64,000 nt of DNA from contig NW_024704743.1 in assembly GCF_018977255.1 (NCBI RefSeq), forward strand, positions 9,426,001 to 9,490,000, in the 5' to 3' direction. The notes beneath the pieces were generated by a model that had not been told where the DNA came from, ran no database searches, and was given only the letters and a program-made list of their open reading frames with translations. This document shows positions 23,061-36,177 of the stretch, one piece after another. The DNA comes from Callorhinchus milii (lineage: Eukaryota). Each line of letters opens with the position of its first letter. Position 1 is the first letter of the stretch. The position numbers and the translations under genes were made by a program.

Positions 23061-26000
23061 TCCTACTTGGCTGCAATGTCCCTCCAACCCTTTCAATTCC
23101 CCTTCAGAAAAAGTTGTCCTAGCTTTACACCACAGAATATATTTACAGAACACGATTCACTGGAGTTCTTGTGACCAATGTGGATGAAAGCAACGTTACT
23201 CCCCCTAGTTTCCTGCCATTTAAGAAGCCTGAATATTGACAGGAATGTGACCCTCCTTCATTTTAGTAAAGGCTTGAGAACTTCACACTTGAAAGGAACT
23301 TTCATATGAGCAGGAGAATCTGCCGCAACAATGCCACTTCTCTGTCAACCCAGTAACACTGCTATGCTGCCAGTATAGGGAGCACAGTAATCAAAGCGCA
23401 GTTATGCTACCATTCTGGCCATCAGCTGCAAAACAAGGCAGTTTGTTCAGAAAGCTGAGCAATTGAACCAGAGTAGCTAGCGTAGCCATCTGTGTCTGAA
23501 GGCACGCTTATTGTTTTGGACTTGATGTCCCACAGAAACATGCAAATCTCTCTCTCTATGTAAAATACAGTGTATAGAGATATATAATTTGGACACACAG
23601 AAAACATTTAATGTAGCATCAGGAGGATATTTCAAAGTGCTTCACTGGTATACTGTAAATGTAATGACTTTGCATTTTGTGGGTGAACAACTAAGAGATA
23701 ATACACATGCTGCAGATTGTATAATTATATAAACACACACATGTACAATATATAATGAAATATACACATGCATGCTAATTGCAATACTTTCCCTTACCTT
23801 TAAATCAAATCATATCATGGTTAGAGGTGACCCATTAACATTGACAATTAGATCTAATTTACATATGCTAATTGGGTCTATTAGGAGATGGTTATCTTCA
23901 CTTGCAAAAGGAAGCAGCTTTGCAGACCGTGCAGGTCATTAGAATACCTACTCCACTGATAATTAATTATGCTAATTAGATCACATTTCCATATGTAGAT
24001 GTCAATGGATTCTCTTCACAGCCCAGTGATCGACAGCAAGTGCCAGTCATTTAGATGATGCTGCTGCTTAGATGGAGTTCTCTCAATGGAGGTTGCCCTA
24101 CACTGTGTGAAGGCATGATCTTATTGAGAACAGTCCAAGCACGGTTTGCTTAACCTTGTTTCTTTCTTTAAAAATAAGAAGATTGAGTGAACAACTCAAA
24201 TGCCCCAGCGGGTAAACTCAGAGTCCAGTGCAGTTATGAGCCAACAGATCAGTAAGTCTGTGATCTGCTCTGAGTTAGCTGATCTGAGTTTAGACAGTTC
24301 AATTGATAGTGGAGAGAGGGGGAGAAGCAAGCTTTCCAAGGTACAGTTGAATACTGCAGTTGTCCCTGTTGTAATACGGGTTCATTCATATTGAACTCCC
24401 ACAGTCTAAACTGACCTTCCAATGCAGTGCTGGGGATGCAGTGATGGGAAGACAGTTTCTCCTGGGATGCTGCTAACAATCCTCCAGATAAAACTGATTA
24501 TTCACTTCATGACTGTTTGTGCAGAAATGAGCTACTGTGTTTACACTGAGAGGACAGAGATCACTGCAGAACACTCCTGCTGGGTAGACGCTTTGGAAAG
24601 CTTGCTTATTTGCACAATAATTTTGAAGCAAAACTCACAAAATAATGGCTATTTAACTAAAACAGCTTGATAATAGTATGCCCGCACATTTGTAACAACT
24701 GTGAGCACACATGAGGAACATTAATTTCAGCTGAATGTGTAATTTGTTGCCCTGCCTGCGGCATATCTGCAAGTCGAGTGATTTGATTTAGCCTGCATGT
24801 ATTCAAACTTCACCATTGCCACTCGGGGTGAATGAAACCAGTGCAGTGACCCAGCCTGGTATAGTGTGACCATGTGGCACTCTGGGGTCCCCAAGTCTTG
24901 ACTCTTGCCAACCCATGCCTAATACTTTCTGGAATCAGGTAAGCAGGAGTGTCCCTCAGGGAGAGAGTGCGCATTCCAACACTTTATCTCTGGGATTTCC
25001 ATGTGTAGGTTGGATGCATGGAATTTTCAGCTTGGTTTGGATACTCTTAAGCATGGTGATGGGTTTCCATATGTGTCAGACATCCAGCTGGCCAAAACAA
25101 ACAAAACGACCTGTCACATAGTGAACTGGCGTGATACAGTGTGATGACCTGGCACACAATGAAGTAACCCAGTGAATGGCGTGGCCAACAACCCAATGGC
25201 CAAATAGCCTGCCTGCATTTCTGTTACAGTCAGCAAAAGCAGCGACAAAAAGGCTGCTAACTCTTCTGTAATTGGGCTGTGATAGCCACATTACTGTTAG
25301 CATCAAACACTAACAATGTAGATTAGATTACAAGATAACAGGCTCATTTTCAAGGTGCCTAATTACTCCACTGAACGAATGAATATCTGCTCTGTGTCTT
25401 GAAAAACTGAGAAATTTGCTGCACAGAAGGGGGATATTTTGTCCATTTCTTTTGTGAATTAATCCCACTTTCCAGCACTCTTTCATTAAACCCTTAATGT
25501 TTTTGCTTTTCAAGTGCTTATCCAGGTCCCCTTTGAATGATCGTGCCTCAAAACCCCCTGTGTGTTGAATTCCAAATCCTATCAACCATGCTCTGAGTGA
25601 GGAAGATGCACCAGTTTAAGAAAGGACTTGAGCGTTTATTCCGAGACACACTTAAATAATCAAATCGCAAAAGCTAAAGCGAAGACTCCTTCATGAAAAA
25701 CATCTCCAGATGCATGAAAATAATACATCAAATTTCAACCAAGACCCGAACAGAATTTATTAAAATGTGCCACTGGCTTTCACTATCCATCAACAAAGAG
25801 TTCGGAGGGCAGCAGTGTGAAAGGTTGAATTTCCTAATCTCAATTCATTATTGTTGTTCAGTAAGCACCCAAGTTCCCAATTCTTGATCACCAACCATCA
25901 GGTGATTCCTGCTATAAAGTGCGCACGTTTCCTCACCTGCACCTAAAAATCCCTTCTCATTCACTTCATGGCTGTATGTGGGACATTGCCGTGTGCAATT

Positions 26001-26471
26001 GTGCTGCCGCATTTGCCTGCATTTTCTTGCACACAGTCACTCCATGTCACAGAAAATGCCATGAAGTGCTTTGGGACATCCTTCCAACGTGATAAAGCGC
26101 TATACTGAATGCAAGGACTATTATTACTATTATCATCATCTCCTACCACACTGCTCTGATCACCTCGTCCGATCAGCTGAAGCAGGCTGCGCAACCGACT
26201 CCATCATCATTGATGGCTAAACCGTCAGCTTCTATGCTCTTACCCTCTGAGACTCCCTCACCCCTATCCCCCCAACTCACCTCAACTCTATTAAATCCTG
26301 TCTAAAAAAACATTTCTTCAACTGTGCCTATGGACATCTTCTTCTTCCTCTCTCTCCTGTTCTTAATCTCATCCAGTCTCTGTAAACTTGATCTCACATG
26401 AAGAGTGCTATATAAATTCAAGTTGCTGTGTGTGAGTATCAGATGAGGCTTGGATCTAGTTCAACTCTTAT

Positions 26472-26850
26472 GTCAGCCTGGCTCAATGGTAACGCTCTCG
26501 CCTCTACGTCAAAAAATGGGGTGGGGGGGGGGGGTGCAGAGGGGGTTGCATTGTTGGGAGTTGCCTTCCTTCAGAAGAGACGTTAAAACTGAGCTCCCGT
26601 CTGCCTGTTAAAGATCCCATGGCGCAAAAGGTTTCTCCCGGGGACCTGGCCAACAATTCCCCAAATAAAATTGGTCACTCCCTCCATGGCTGTTTGTGGC
26701 ACATTGCTGTATGTAACTGGCTGATGAGTTTTGCCCACAAAATTCAGTCAATCTACTTTGAACTATACCCTGTGAAGCGCTTTGAGAAGTCTCAATGGCA
26801 TGATAAGGCGCTATATTAAATGCAAGGATTATTGTTATAATTATTATTAC
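26472..26850 (+). mobile_element. Deu-domain SINE (family B)
   Basis: gtcagcctggctcaatggtaacgctctcg head, partial Deu core, gtgaagcgctttgag...ggcgctatattaaatgcaagg tail. Confidence 0.8.
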
Positions 26851-27099
26851 TAGTCTACTGAAACTCAGGGTCTATGATGACACATGAAAAGTGTGCATTT
26901 CAGCAAGGCGGTAGAGAGTCCCAGTGTAACCATACCCCAGTGCAAGTCACTGGCTTCAGTAACAGAGGAGAAGGAATGGGAATATATCCAAATATTATTC
27001 AAATCTTAGCTTTCATACTTTATGAACTGTGTATGGGTTAATGGAAAAAATGTGCTGCATTTTCAAGCCTCTCTCAACTTGATACATTATGAATCACAC

Positions 27100-27280
27100 T
27101 CTGTCTCTCCGATTCACCCCATTTCACCCTCACTGTCTCTCGAGACAGAGGGGGCAAGACAGGGTGAGACAGAGGCAGGGAGAGAAGAGACAGCAAGCTA
27201 AAGAGAGAGAGAAGAGACAGAGAAGGTTAGGTGGAGAGAGAGAGAGTCTCTGCCACACACACACAGAGATAGAGAGAAAC
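27100..27280. repeat. GA/CA-rich low-complexity simple repeat
   Basis: Degenerate (GA)n and (CA)n runs. Confidence 0.7.
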
Positions 27281-27704
27281 CACTTTATTATTGAGTAATT
27301 TGACAGACAAAGCCTACCTAGGTAATAATCAGCAGCTGTGAGGGTTTAATTGCTTGTAATTACTCACGGTTGGTGGGTAAAAATGCTCATATTCATGAAT
27401 CCCAGACAGTAATGAACACGGCGGAACAAGTGAGGGGATCGGGGGCTTGTGGAGTTTGTGAACAATTAGATTTTAATAAGTAATTTTTCAGCTTTGAAGA
27501 ACTTGTAAGGAATGCCAGAGATTCTATGTGTATGAAGGTATCAAGTATCTGTGCTTAAAAACCTGAGCACCAACAAATACCATTCCTCAAATGGCCTTGA
27601 AGCATTCAACTGATCATCCATCCACAAGATATAGTTCAACTCAAACCCAACTCGTCAGAACAAATAGATTAATTTGTTTCAACAATCTGACCTTTGTATT
27701 TAAC

Positions 27705-28255
27705 AATCATAAATAATCCTCATGTTTTCTATAGCATTTTTCACATTACGAGGATGTCTCAAAGTGCTTCACAGACTACATTGTGACTGGAATGTATAGG
27801 CAAAATGCAGGAGCTAATCTGCGTACAGTAATGTCCCACAATAGCTATAAAGTGAATGACCAATTTTATCTGGTGGATTCTTGCCAGGGGCACCGGAAGA
27901 AACTGAATTAACTTTTCGAAGGCAGATGGGACCTCAATTTAGTCGAATGCGGTAGGCAATGTTCCACCGGCAGCCAGGAAGTAAACTTCCAATTTTATTT
28001 GGGGATTGTTGGCCAGGACACTGAGAGAAATGCTCTTCTCCCTTCAAATATTGCCACAAGAATCTTTAGCGTTCACTTGAACAAACAGAATGGTTTAACG
28101 TCTCATCTGAAGGATGACACCTCCAAGAATGCAACACACGCCAGCACTGCATCGGAGTGTCAGCCTCAACTGGGCATTCAATGTTCTGACATGGGACTTG
28201 ACCCCATAATTTTCTGAATTAGAGGTGAGAGTGCTACCCCCTGTGACAGGCTGAC
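27705..28255 (-). mobile_element. Deu-domain SINE (family B)
   Basis: Reverse-complement head gtcagcctgtcacagggggtagcactctcacc, Deu-like core and shared tail. Confidence 0.75.
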
Positions 28256-28914
28256 ATCTACTCAACAGAATAAATTCTAAAAATTTCAGTTTAGTTTTCC
28301 AAAACTTTCAACACAAGAGGCCATTTAACCCATAGCATGTGTGAAATGGCTAGCTTTATTTTCACATTCTTTTATAATCCTACTCCTACTTCACGGGATT
28401 TATTATAACATGTAGCAACTGTGCATTTTGTAGGCAAACTTAGCAGCGAATTTGCCTCACATCTATATCATCCCAGTTATGATGGATATAATTGGAAGTC
28501 AACTGCAACTTCTCCCTTATGAACCGTCGCTTCTGCTTTGTGCTGCCTCAGGCACACCCAACACATCCATCAATAACTTAAAAATAAATCAGGCCACAAG
28601 AATACATTTCCTGTAAACAGTTAAGGCAACACAGCTCTGTCTCTGCAAAACTCTCAAGCTCAGCTGCTGTGGTCACAGCTCTCACAGTTTTGGATCATCA
28701 ATTGCGTGACAGTTAGCGTGCGGATCCCTGACTGTCCAGCACTTTGGGACAGCCTCCTGATGTGAAAGGCGCTATACAAATGTAATTTGTTGTTGTTATT
28801 GTTACTGCCTCCCAGTCATCTATTACCCTACAAGAAGTCAACCAGAATGAAAATGTCTGGCAAAGGGGAGAAGCTGCGTTCGTGTTTTCGAAGTCATCTG
28901 CCTGAGAAACACCA

Positions 28915-29150
28915 GAGAGAAATGCAAGATACCCGCAGCAGGTCAAATCAGCAGCTGGAAGAATAAAATAGGTTGACATTTTGGGCACAGCCCTTCATCT
29001 AAATAGGCGGAGATGTCTGTGGTACTGTAATTCTTCAGAACTAAGTGCCCGACATGTCAAACTAGCTCTCTCTGATCGACCAACCTCAGATTCCCTGTCT
29101 TTATTCTCCCCTTTTGTGTCAAGATTTCCAGCACATGCATTTTTCTTTAT
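28915..29150. mobile_element. Decayed inverted pair of Penelope-associated terminal repeats
   Basis: Minus strand tagatgaagggctgtgcccaaaatgtcaac...tgacctgctg...gcattt; plus strand gtgcccgacatgtcaaac...agatttccagca. Resembles an abundant chondrichthyan repeat (recalled, not searched). Confidence 0.55.
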
Positions 29151-29504
29151 TTCTCCTTCTAATTGTATTTTTTTCTCTGACTATTTTGCTTGGGGGGAGG
29201 ATAGGAAGAAGGAATGAGAGAGAGCACAACTTGAACACAAAACCCTGCAGGAAAAAAGGGTGGCTGTGTTATCAGGGTTGGCTCCCTGCTTGACAAATGA
29301 GCCAAATCATCCAGTTCTCGATAAACACAAATCCACCTTTCCAGAGGCACGAATGACATCCAATTTGCTCCTCCCGTGCTAATCAAAAGGTCAACTGACA
29401 AGAACTGTCCCCGCTTGGTCACTTTGCACTCCAAGACAAAGCAAGCTGGTAACCAGTTCAGCCCCCAGCACCTCCGAATTATTGGTAGCTGGTGTTTGAG
29501 GTTA

Positions 29505-30010
29505 ATGACAAAGACAGACAGCGACACCCACAGAAAAACCTATACACAAGGACAAACAGACATACACACACAGAGAAATGTACCACACCCAGACAGGCAT
29601 GGTGGTAGAAATACACACACACACACACAAAAACATACACACAGACAAACTGACAAACATACACAGACACTCAGACAGAAACACAGGCAGACATCCACAG
29701 GAATAGAAAAAAAACATACACAGACAAACAGACCACACCCAGGCAGGACAGATGCACACACCCAGACTGGGACAGAAAAATATATACACACAGACAAACC
29801 TATAAACATATCATGCAGGGGCAGAAACGTACACACTCCCCAGACAGGGAAAGAAAAGCATATACACACAACAAAAACAAATTACACCCAGACAGGGACA
29901 AAGGCAACGCACATACTGCAACCAGACAGAAAGAGAAACAATACACAAGGCGTACACACACAAACACTGACCCAGAGGCGAATACACACACAAACACAGG
30001 TAACAAGACA
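29505..30010. repeat. CA/CAGA-rich degenerate tandem array
   Basis: Recurring acacacccagacaggga / cacacagacaaac units; source of several spurious ORFs. Confidence 0.85.
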
Positions 30011-30569
30011 AATTTCCCAAGTGTCATTTTTCTACCATGTTCAGTCACAAAGTTGCTGCATGGAGAAAAATAAAAGGGCTGGTTGCCTGACTCAAACAAA
30101 GAAGAATTCAGCTTTCTTTTCAAGCATCTAAAACAGATCTGTCATAATTAATAGTGGTTCTGTTATTTCTAGTTTCTGCAGAGCACTGTAGGTATTTCCA
30201 AATTATTCATAATGATAATAATTAAACGACTGGTAATGAGGAGCTGCACACTGCTGTGGCTACTTTGGTTTTTCTTCTTTTCATTAATTATGTAGACGGG
30301 GAAAAGTGCCACAGATTCCAATTTGAATAATAAGTCATGTCAGAAGAAGACAGCAACCAATCTGAGCTGCATCCTGCTGAATCTGGGGGTTTCATTTATT
30401 TAGGTCATGTTTACACCTTCACATCTGGCAACAGATGTTCTATAAAAATTGCAACAGCACCGAGCTGGTGATCTGTTCCTTCACTCTAGACGGGTGCTTG
30501 TTGTTTTCAAAGAATAAATAATCTACACAAGAGCAAGTTTTTAATTACATGTTAACTCTCAGCGAGCTC

Positions 30570-30845
30570 CCGCCTGCTCCATGTCCCCGGCCCTGCCCGG
30601 CCCACTATAAGCAGTTGGGCCTTCATTCTCTCTGCTCCCACCCATTGAAACTCCATACCAAAGTCCCTTCACCTTGCCACCTCTCTTGTCTCCAGCATAG
30701 CCTTCAGTCACCCTCCTATCTCTGCCATCCCTGCCCTCCAACCCTCCCAAACGCCAGCTCAGGTCCTAATTCTTGACTGTCCAGCGCCTTGGGACGTCCT
30801 CCCAACGTGAAAGGCACTATACAAACTTAATGTGTTCTTGTTTGA
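30570..30845 (+). mobile_element. L2 LINE 3' fragment
   Basis: gggccttc...ctcccaccc...gaaactccat..., tail gactgtccagcgccttgggacgtcctcccaacgtgaaaggcactatac. Confidence 0.8.
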
Positions 30846-31493
30846 CAACTAATTACAGTCGGTCTCACCCAGGCTCGGGTGTAGTCAGGAGAACTCTGGC
30901 CAATTTTGGAGCTAGTTAGTAAAGCAGAAGGTAGGTTTTGGGCAGTACTTGTGGCTTTTAATCTTCTGCCAGGCTACGAGACACTCAAAGGGCGCCAGTC
31001 TCGCACAGCTGGTAGCACAGCAAGCGGCTGTCCAGTGTTGTAAGAGCAAAGGGAACAAGCAGGATAATAGGCACCAAACCCAATACAGTAATTCAAACAA
31101 TTAAATACTGGCTGCCTTTCAAGGAGAGGGCTTGGGAACCAGACTAAGTGTTGAGAACAGCCAACCTTTCTCAACCATCATCTGCCGTCCCAGCTGAAAA
31201 TGGACAGCTCTTCCTAGGAATCGGACACAAGAGATGATTTCGTCCATTCAGATCGACAAATTCAACATTCGACAAATGAATGCCAGTCTGAGTACTGAAT
31301 TCCATCCCTGAAAGAATTACTTCAACTCAATCTCAACAACTCCACTTCTAGAACAAACCCATGTAGATCAATATATGAAATCACAACAATGTGTCACCGT
31401 GATGACCAGCAAAGGAACCTGATGAATCTTGTCCCTCTATCAGTCTCAGAATTGCTACTGGAGACAAATGATCATATTTCAGCAAGCTAACAC

Positions 31494-31741
31494 CAGGTCC
31501 CTGAAAGTCGACCTTTTTGGCCTGTTAAGGGCCATTTTGACTTAAAATTGGAGGTTACATAGAATTGTGGAACAAGTCTTGAATTCGGTCTCAATTTGGA
31601 GGCCTTTTTTTCTGAAGATCCTAAAAAGAACTGGCTTCCAAACTAAGACTGAATTTAAGAACTTGCTACAATTCTGCGTGATCTTAAATTTTAAGGCAAA
31701 ATAGCATTAGAGGCTAAAAAAAAGGTGGAATTCCAGGCCTG
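31494..31741. mobile_element. Old palindromic MITE-like element
   Basis: CAGG...CCTG ends and long imperfect inverted arms (attttgacttaaaatt...agaattgt versus acaattct...aaattttaaggcaaaat); related sequence at ~1320-1410. Confidence 0.6.
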
Positions 31742-34530
31742 GAATGCTTGAAAATGAACATTAAAGGATATGGGGAGCAGAGGAGTGGAATTCGACAGAG
31801 TTCAAAAAAGGTGTTAAGAAGCAAGTTCTTAATGTCTCCAATACAAGCAGTTACAGCTCCTCATACAGAAATGGTAAGTTTTCAAAGAAAGTGTAAAATT
31901 TTATACTCTCCTTCAGATAACAGATACCAAAGCTCCTACTAGAATCTCAGGCAAACAGCCGTAGCCACACAAATCGCAGTATAATTGAAGTGGATCCAAG
32001 TGGCTTCCGGAGAATCTCTGAGCCAGTGGAGGCAACAGCTGTTAAGAGCTATTGCCTCGCTGCTGTTTTCACATATCATTGCCAAAGACGGAACAGAACA
32101 AAAACCTTTTCTCCATTCTTGCATAGGTCCAGCGCCAGAAGGGGCTGGAATCAAAATAGTGCAAAGTTAGTGCCAAGAAACCACCATCCAGAATACAAGA
32201 TGCTGCTTCAAGGAATCCCACGCAAAGCTACTTGTGAGGATTGTTCCCCAAACCTGTACATCAAAGCACCTGAAACAGTTTGGGAAATTATTATTGACTT
32301 GCAAATAGTCCCATTCAGCAAACACTCAGTGATCAGAAGATCCAATATATCTATTGGAGTCCTGCAGGTTTCATTCATCACTGCCACTCCTGTTGTGCAC
32401 ACTGGGAAGTACTCTACATTTCAATCGGATGTTCCAAGTTTCTATCAATAATTGCTTGCTAGAAATTATAAATCTACCACTTTTTTTCTGTTTTTTCAGG
32501 TAACTGATATGCGTCGAACACCATCTCTATGCTTAAGGGTGTCCAAACCAGATTGAAAATTTCATAAATAATAATAATTCTTGCACTTGCTACAGTGCAT
32601 TTCATGTCAATAGGATGTCTCAAAGCACTTCACAAGATTTACTGTAAAGTGCAGAGACCAACTTCAGAAATACCAGGCCTGTGTGTGCAGCTTTCTGGGT
32701 TAAAATGGGAGATTCAGTGTACATGGACAGTGGACATACACCCATGTCCTGTTGCCCCATGGTTTTTTTTTCTACAGTGTACTGACCAAAACTGAAGCAT
32801 GTGGAAGAATGATGATATTGTATTTAGAAGTGCGTAATTGTATTCAGCACAAGTGTTTAACTGTATTTAATAAACTCTTAAAAAATTATTGTGTCACTCA
32901 ACCCATAGCTGTTTGTGGGATAATTGGCTGCCACATTTCACCCACAAAATATACAGCCAATTCATTTTACAGTATATTCTGTGAAGTGCTTTGAGACATC
33001 TAGAAGACGATAAGGCACTATATCAAATGCAAGGATTATTATTGTTATGTATTTTGTAGGAAAAAAGGTCAGTAAAATGTCCACCATAGCAACAACAATT
33101 TACATTTATATAGTACTCTTCACACGGGTAGCATTTCAAAGGGGGAATATTTCTTGCTCAGACATGAATTGCTGATCACAGTGGAGGAACTAGGTTAGAG
33201 GTTATATACTTATTGCGAAGAAAATCCAACACCGTGCAATGCCATGCAACAAGATGCCAGTATAAATCAGATCTCAGGTTGCATTCAGTTCATTCTCCTT
33301 CACAACTTCTCTTGATAAAGAACAACTTGCATTTATATAGCTCTCTTAACCTAGATTACCACTGGAGTGCTGTCCAGTGACGGAATTGGAGACCGAGCAA
33401 GAGAGAAGTGGAAAGGGTAGGTGAACATAGGTATAATTAAAGAGGCAGGCTTGCAGGTAGGATTTAAAGATACAATGTACAACAACAATTTACACATATA
33501 TAACTTCACACAGAAGAGTGCCTCAAGAGCTATGCACAGTGGTGGGATAGATGGAGAGAGGGCAAGGTAAAGGGATTGAAGCAGGGCGTTCTAGAGATTA
33601 GGAGATAGTGACAAAAGGCTCAGCCAACAATGTGAATGAACATGAGAAGAATAGTTTACATTTCACGCAAACACTTTCAGCATTACAAGATTACAATAAT
33701 CCAAACGCTTTTTAGTCAATTGTTTTGTTAAATTTTGCATCCATTCTTCCTCGTGCATTTCCTATTGCAAGGATTATTATGATTCTTGACATGTCCGTTT
33801 AGTTTGCTTTGTCTTTTCTCTGCTTATTATTTTGCAGTAGCTTTGCTGACTGATAGCTGCTCCTCTTATTCCCTCCCTTCACACAGCAGCCACCCATTCT
33901 TTAAGAGTTGGCTGAGAACAGCTGTAACAGCACCTGGAAACAGCAGTGAAAGGGAAACTTTCCTTTGTGCTCAAGTGGCTGAGGTACATTGGCACACAAG
34001 TCACCACACCACTGCCATGTAGTTGACAGCTAGCTGAAGGCTGGGACTCCTAATTCCACACTGCTCTACATGAATTAAAGTGCATGGATGTGTGAGCAAC
34101 ACTGACACATGCTTTTGTTTGTACTTGATGGACAAATATACTGATCTGTTATGCAAAAGACTTAAATGAACTGAGACAAAGGATTCCACCACAACTGGGG
34201 TCTGTCTTGCTGAAGTCGGAAAGCTTCCCCAGCACTGGACTGAGCATCAGCCTGGACCAGGAGCTCAAAGTCTTGTCATGGGACAGCCTTCTGAGTGCAA
34301 TCGCCTGAGCCAGGCTGACACTATAACTTCACAAGATTTTTGTCCATCTGAAGAACAGACAAACAGGACTTCACTTCAACATGTCAGCTAAACACAGTTA
34401 GACTGACAGAAGAAAGTTGAGGCCGAGAGCCTCCCCTGCCCAAGCTTATCCTTATATTTGTGATTAAAATCAAATAAGAGAGAAATTTGAGGTGAGGGAT
34501 GGTTTTATCAATTAATTATTAATTAAAAAA

Positions 34531-34594
34531 ACCTTAACTCTACGTTCTTTCTCCACAATACCACCTTAACTCTACGTTCTTTCTCCACAATACC
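34531..34594 (+). repeat. Perfect 32-bp tandem duplication
   Basis: accttaactctacgttctttctccacaatacc occurs twice in tandem. Confidence 0.95.
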
Positions 34595-35704
34595 ACCCCG
34601 CTCAGTATTCTAGAAGTTGCAGATGGAAACTGTTAAACACTATTTCCAAAAGCTAAAAGCTGGATTAAAAGCTTGAGAATTTCCTAATACTGCACCGGTT
34701 ACTAATTTTTCAAAACATTATACTCTTGCCTGCTGGGTTTCACAGAGCTGTTTTAGTTCACGTTAAATGGACAAAGTTGTGTGTGCATCCAGCTGCTGGC
34801 ACATTGAAAACACATTAGAACACCTTGAATGCTCTTTGTTAATAAAAGTAGGGTTTTTACAAGGTTGTGTGGTTTTAAAGCAACATATAATAATCTTTGT
34901 ATTTGATCGAGCGCTTGAACATGTCGTTGAGATCTCTCAAAGTGCTTTACAGGATGTACTGTGAAATGTATACATTTTGTGTATTTGTACGCAAACGCAG
35001 CAATTTGTAAAGAGCAATGTCAAATTACACAATACAGAATCAATATACAACATATTCTTGTGAAGGGGACTTGGTGTTGCTTTCATTGCAAAGTCTGAAG
35101 TCATTACAGCACAGATTTTTTTGACAAAGTAGTTTTATTGGGGCTCATTGAAAGACGTGCTTCTAATTTGCTCTGCCCAAAACCTAGCAACTCTCAATCC
35201 CTCATGCAGACAAAGAGATAGAAACCTGGAGGTGCTGATTTAAACTGAGGTCCCTACCGACAGCTTACAGCCTCGGCAAGACCTGGGCACAGCTAGTGGT
35301 GACCATATAGTAAAATCAGGCAGATTTATGCAGCTGCACCTTAATAAAGGAAGACAACTCTTCCATAAAGGCACACTCAGCTCTAATCTGGATTACAAGC
35401 TTCTAAAAGCAGCATCACAGCAGTTCAATCAAAGAATGCATCTCTTGTACATGCTGTGGAATATATTACAGTACAATATAGTACAAAAACAAAGCATGGA
35501 TGTAAGATCCAACCCTCTGCTCTCATTCTCTCACCCCACCCCCCACTCCCGCCTGCCAACCCTCCAAATAACAGTACCTTTTCAGTCTTTAAAAATGTAA
35601 CTTGAAATTCGTTATGGAACTAACTGATTGTTTTCCTTTGCAAGACAGCTAGCAGGCAGTGCAGATTCAATACTACTTTGACAGAGAGCAGTGAGAATTA
35701 GAAT

Positions 35705-36165
35705 ACACAACAACAACATACTGAATTTATATAGTGCCATCAAGAGGGCATCCCAAGGTGCTGGAAAGTGAAGGGTTTGCACCTGAGATGGGGTTTGGAG
35801 TAAAGAGAGGTGGAGGCCAAAGGAGGGTGGAGGTAGGAAGAATACCGAAGACGCAATCAAAGAGGAAGGTCTTGACACAGGCCTTGAAGGAGGTAAGGGA
35901 GGGGGAAGAAAGGTTCAAGGCGTGATCATCAATAGTGGACCAGGCAGCACAGGGGTCATGGAGTAAGTATGGTGTCAGTAGGTGTTAATGGGTTGCAGAG
36001 GTAGGGTGGAACAAGACCGTGGAGGGCTTTAAAAGTGAGGACGAGGATCTTGAACTCAATCGTCTGGGGATGGGGAGCCAGTGAAGCCGGGAAAGTGTGT
36101 GGATGATCAGCTCATGGAGCTCAGTGCAGCGAAGTTCACAAGCTGCAGAGTTCTGCATCTGATGG
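35705..36165 (-). mobile_element. L2 LINE 3' fragment
   Basis: (CAA)n tail, SFKACVKTFLFD in ORF 35727..35918, and reverse-complement WLPIP...FKIL region. Confidence 0.85.
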
Positions 36166-36177
36166 AAAGAATCGTCC

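Noticed and set aside
25295..25320. gtgtttgatg on the minus strand resembling PARD3 exon 3 (VFDE)
   Set aside because: Flanking codons do not give LVAVFDEQDPHH, and there is no acceptor.
29376..30131. 251-aa ORF rich in H/T/Q, and overlapping C/V-rich antisense ORFs
   Set aside because: Translation of a CA-rich low-complexity repeat; no domain signature.
31990..32451. 153-aa ORF in unique sequence
   Set aside because: Non-ATG start, no recognisable motif and no convincing splice signals.
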